Positions 62,101-64,000 of a stretch of DNA of 64,000 nucleotides are shown here, one piece after another. The notes under the pieces are model-generated. The model was not told the origin of the DNA and did not search any database. It worked only from the letters and a program-made list of their open reading frames with translations. The position numbers were made by a program, and so were the translations under genes. The stretch's first letter is position 1, and every line of letters starts with the position of its first letter. The DNA comes from a virus. Its lineage: Duplodnaviria > Caudoviricetes. The stretch covers positions 873-64,872 of the IMG/VR virus record IMGVR_UViG_3300036880_000015; one strand, 5' to 3'.

Positions 62101-63558
62101 CTACTTCTTCTTCCTGCGCACCGAAAGAGAACCGACCTCCTTGACGCTGAGGCCAGGAACATTAAACGAAGCGCCGAGAGCTCCAGCCAACTTGTTCGCG
62201 GCTGAAAGATCCCACTTGAGCAATGCCGCCGCCTGCTGCATATCGTACTTCCCGGCAATCACGGCGCGCATGAGAGTCACGATCGAAGCGGTATACGCTT
62301 GATCGTCTTCGATCAAATCCTCGTCCACTTTCCACTTGGTCGACGTGCTCTGCCCTTCGATCTTAGGCGCGGCCGGCGGGACATAAACCGGAGCCACATA
62401 CGGGCGCGGCACCTCGATGACCGGCGCATCGAAGAGGGTCTCGGCGCGCTGCTCGTCGCCTTCGTCGAGCGCATCTTGCACATCGAGGAGTTTGAGCCGG
62501 GCCGCCTCCGCCTCCTGCAGACGGCGCGCCTCGGCATCACGGCGCTCGTTGTCCTCGCGAATCTTCTGCTGCCGGATGCGCTCCTGGGCCTGATCCCATC
62601 CGAGGATCTGCGCCTTGACGTGCTTGATGCCAGCCTCCAGCGGCTCCAGACCGGCCTTGACCTTGCCGCCGGTCTCCATGTAGACATCGTAGAGAATCTT
62701 GCGGAGCGGGTCCAGAGCCGCTTTGGTGGTGTCGGCCTTGCTCACCAGCCGGTTGAGCGTCTCGCTGGCCTCCACGCGCTTCTCGGCGGTGTCGATGCGC
62801 ACAGTCAGCGCCTGCTGGCCGGTATCGACGTTCTGGGCAATGATCGCCTTGATCTCACCTTCGCGCTCGGAGAGCAGGTCCAGCGCCTCTGCCGCGGACT
62901 CGGGCGCGCGCCAGGCGGCAAGGACTTCGCCGACGGGCTGGCGGACGATGGCGGTCTGCTGCTCGACCTCCTGCGCGAAGAAGCCGGGCTTGTCGAAGAC
63001 GGTTGTTGACTTTTCTTCGATCACGCCACAGTTCGGCCAGTCGTTCACGTTGCCAGCGGGCGGCTGTGGCCATGTTCCGATCTCGGAGACGTGCATCTGC
63101 TTCGGAGCGGGTATCGTCGTTTGGCTTCGATCAATGCCGCCATAAACCGGCCAAGTGTGCTCCTCGGTTGGAGCATGCGCTTCGATTCCGTCGTTCTCCG
63201 CCGGGTCGATGCCGTGACCGTTCCAGCCCGGCTCGCACAGTTTTATGTCTTCATCCATCACGCTCAGGGATTCGACAGGCTTCGCCTTCGGCATCTCCGG
63301 CATCTGGCTTGGGTCGGCGCCGAGAACGTCGTACTCCCAGGCCGGGTTGGACTTCACGTTGGCATTCCACCATCTGCCGATCGACGGCGCGGTCAGCGCT
63401 TCGTCGGCCACCTCCGGCGCAACGTTTTTGTAGGCGCGGATTTCCTTTGTTGAGAGGAACTCGAAGAGCAGCTTCCAGGTTGACTCGCTGTAACCGGCCC
63501 GGCTGAACATGCTGGACTTTACCGGCTTCAGGCACTCGTAGATTTTAGTATCAGGCAT
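62101..63558 (-). CDS. KTSC domain fused to a coiled-coil phage protein
   Basis: N-terminal PVKSSMFSRAGY...Y.NV......APSIGRWWNANVK; C-terminal coiled coil ending ...PKIEG.STSTKWK...VPGL. Confidence 0.7.
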   Translation of the reverse strand: MPDTKIYECLKPVKSSMFSRAGYSESTWKLLFEFLSTKEIRAYKNVAPEVADEALTAPSIGRWWNANVKSNPAWEYDVLGADPSQMPEMPKAKPVESLSVMDEDIKLCEPGWNGHGIDPAENDGIEAHAPTEEHTWPVYGGIDRSQTTIPAPKQMHVSEIGTWPQPPAGNVNDWPNCGVIEEKSTTVFDKPGFFAQEVEQQTAIVRQPVGEVLAAWRAPESAAEALDLLSEREGEIKAIIAQNVDTGQQALTVRIDTAEKRVEASETLNRLVSKADTTKAALDPLRKILYDVYMETGGKVKAGLEPLEAGIKHVKAQILGWDQAQERIRQQKIREDNERRDAEARRLQEAEAARLKLLDVQDALDEGDEQRAETLFDAPVIEVPRPYVAPVYVPPAAPKIEGQSTSTKWKVDEDLIEDDQAYTASIVTLMRAVIAGKYDMQQAAALLKWDLSAANKLAGALGASFNVPGLSVKEVGSLSVRRKKK

Positions 63559-63730
63559 CTGGTTTCCTTTCCTTGTTGAATCGTCGTTGTTCTGCAATTG
63601 CATCCTGTTGACTGAACGCCCTACTTCCATCACGAGGATGATACCAGCGCTCTTTGATATACATCCCATGTTTCTTGCGCGACCAAAGACGCCAACCGTG
63701 GCTCTCTAGATACTTCCGGTTTGCGCTCAT
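63551..63730 (-). CDS. Hypothetical protein (59 aa)
   Basis: Manual translation MSANRKYLESHGW... Confidence 0.45.
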   Translation of the reverse strand: MSANRKYLESHGWRLWSRKKHGMYIKERWYHPRDGSRAFSQQDAIAEQRRFNKERKPDA

Positions 63731-63732
63731 GC

Positions 63733-64000
63733 CTAGTGCCCAACCTTCCCATCTTCGGCGGCCTTCTGAACTATAGCCAAAATCTCGCGCTTCCCATCAA
63801 TCATCGGGTCCGCCCCCTTCAGCATCGACTCGGTGAGGATAGTGAAGTGATCGCCATACATCGCCTGTTCCCACGTATCCTTGTGAAGATGCTTCTGAAA
63901 GAACTCGTCAAGTTTCGCCGTGTCCGAAAGAACTCCCCATCCACCAGTCGGGTAATACTTCGCCAGATAAACACGAGCATCATCGAGACTTGTCGTTTCG
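63733..64000 (-). CDS. Hypothetical protein, 5' end beyond window
   Basis: Open frame to TAG at 63733 (...YLAKYYPTGGW...LDEFFQKH). Confidence 0.55.
   Translation of the reverse strand, partial: ETTSLDDARVYLAKYYPTGGWGVLSDTAKLDEFFQKHLHKDTWEQAMYGDHFTILTESMLKGADPMIDGKREILAIVQKAAEDGKVGH

Overview
The whole window reads as part of a temperate tailed (Caudoviricetes) phage genome. No host housekeeping genes, rRNA, tRNA, CRISPR array or reverse transcriptase were seen. The morphogenesis block (about 1-20.5 kb, minus strand) holds the probable small terminase, large terminase, portal, scaffold, major capsid, cement/decoration proteins, three paralogous adaptor-like proteins and a >900-aa tail protein running off the left edge. 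No tape measure is visible, so the layout looks podovirus-like. A methyltransferase/nuclease region follows (20.6-28.5 kb), then a G-rich non-coding strand switch (28.5-28.9 kb) and a rightward operon of small, probably early genes (29.8-39.7 kb). The leftward arm carries a lysis cassette (GH108 endolysin, holin, lipoprotein), a signal-peptide-bearing beta-helix tailspike-like protein, replication genes, a tyrosine integrase, an acyl carrier protein, DnaB, and cold-shock and KTSC proteins. The most notable unexplained signals are: (i) six covarying ACCA-loop hairpins abutting the Shine-Dalgarno of early genes; (ii) a small acidic Pro/Glu peptide translationally coupled to a Zn-binding, possibly ADP-ribosyltransferase-like enzyme; (iii) a replication initiator apparently split into two loci 29 kb apart; (iv) at least eight candidate leaderless promoters; (v) a prfB-like +1 frameshift candidate; (vi) protamine-like microproteins in the head operon. 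All functional calls come from motif recognition by eye; no searches were run. An Acidobacteria-like host is only a tentative impression.
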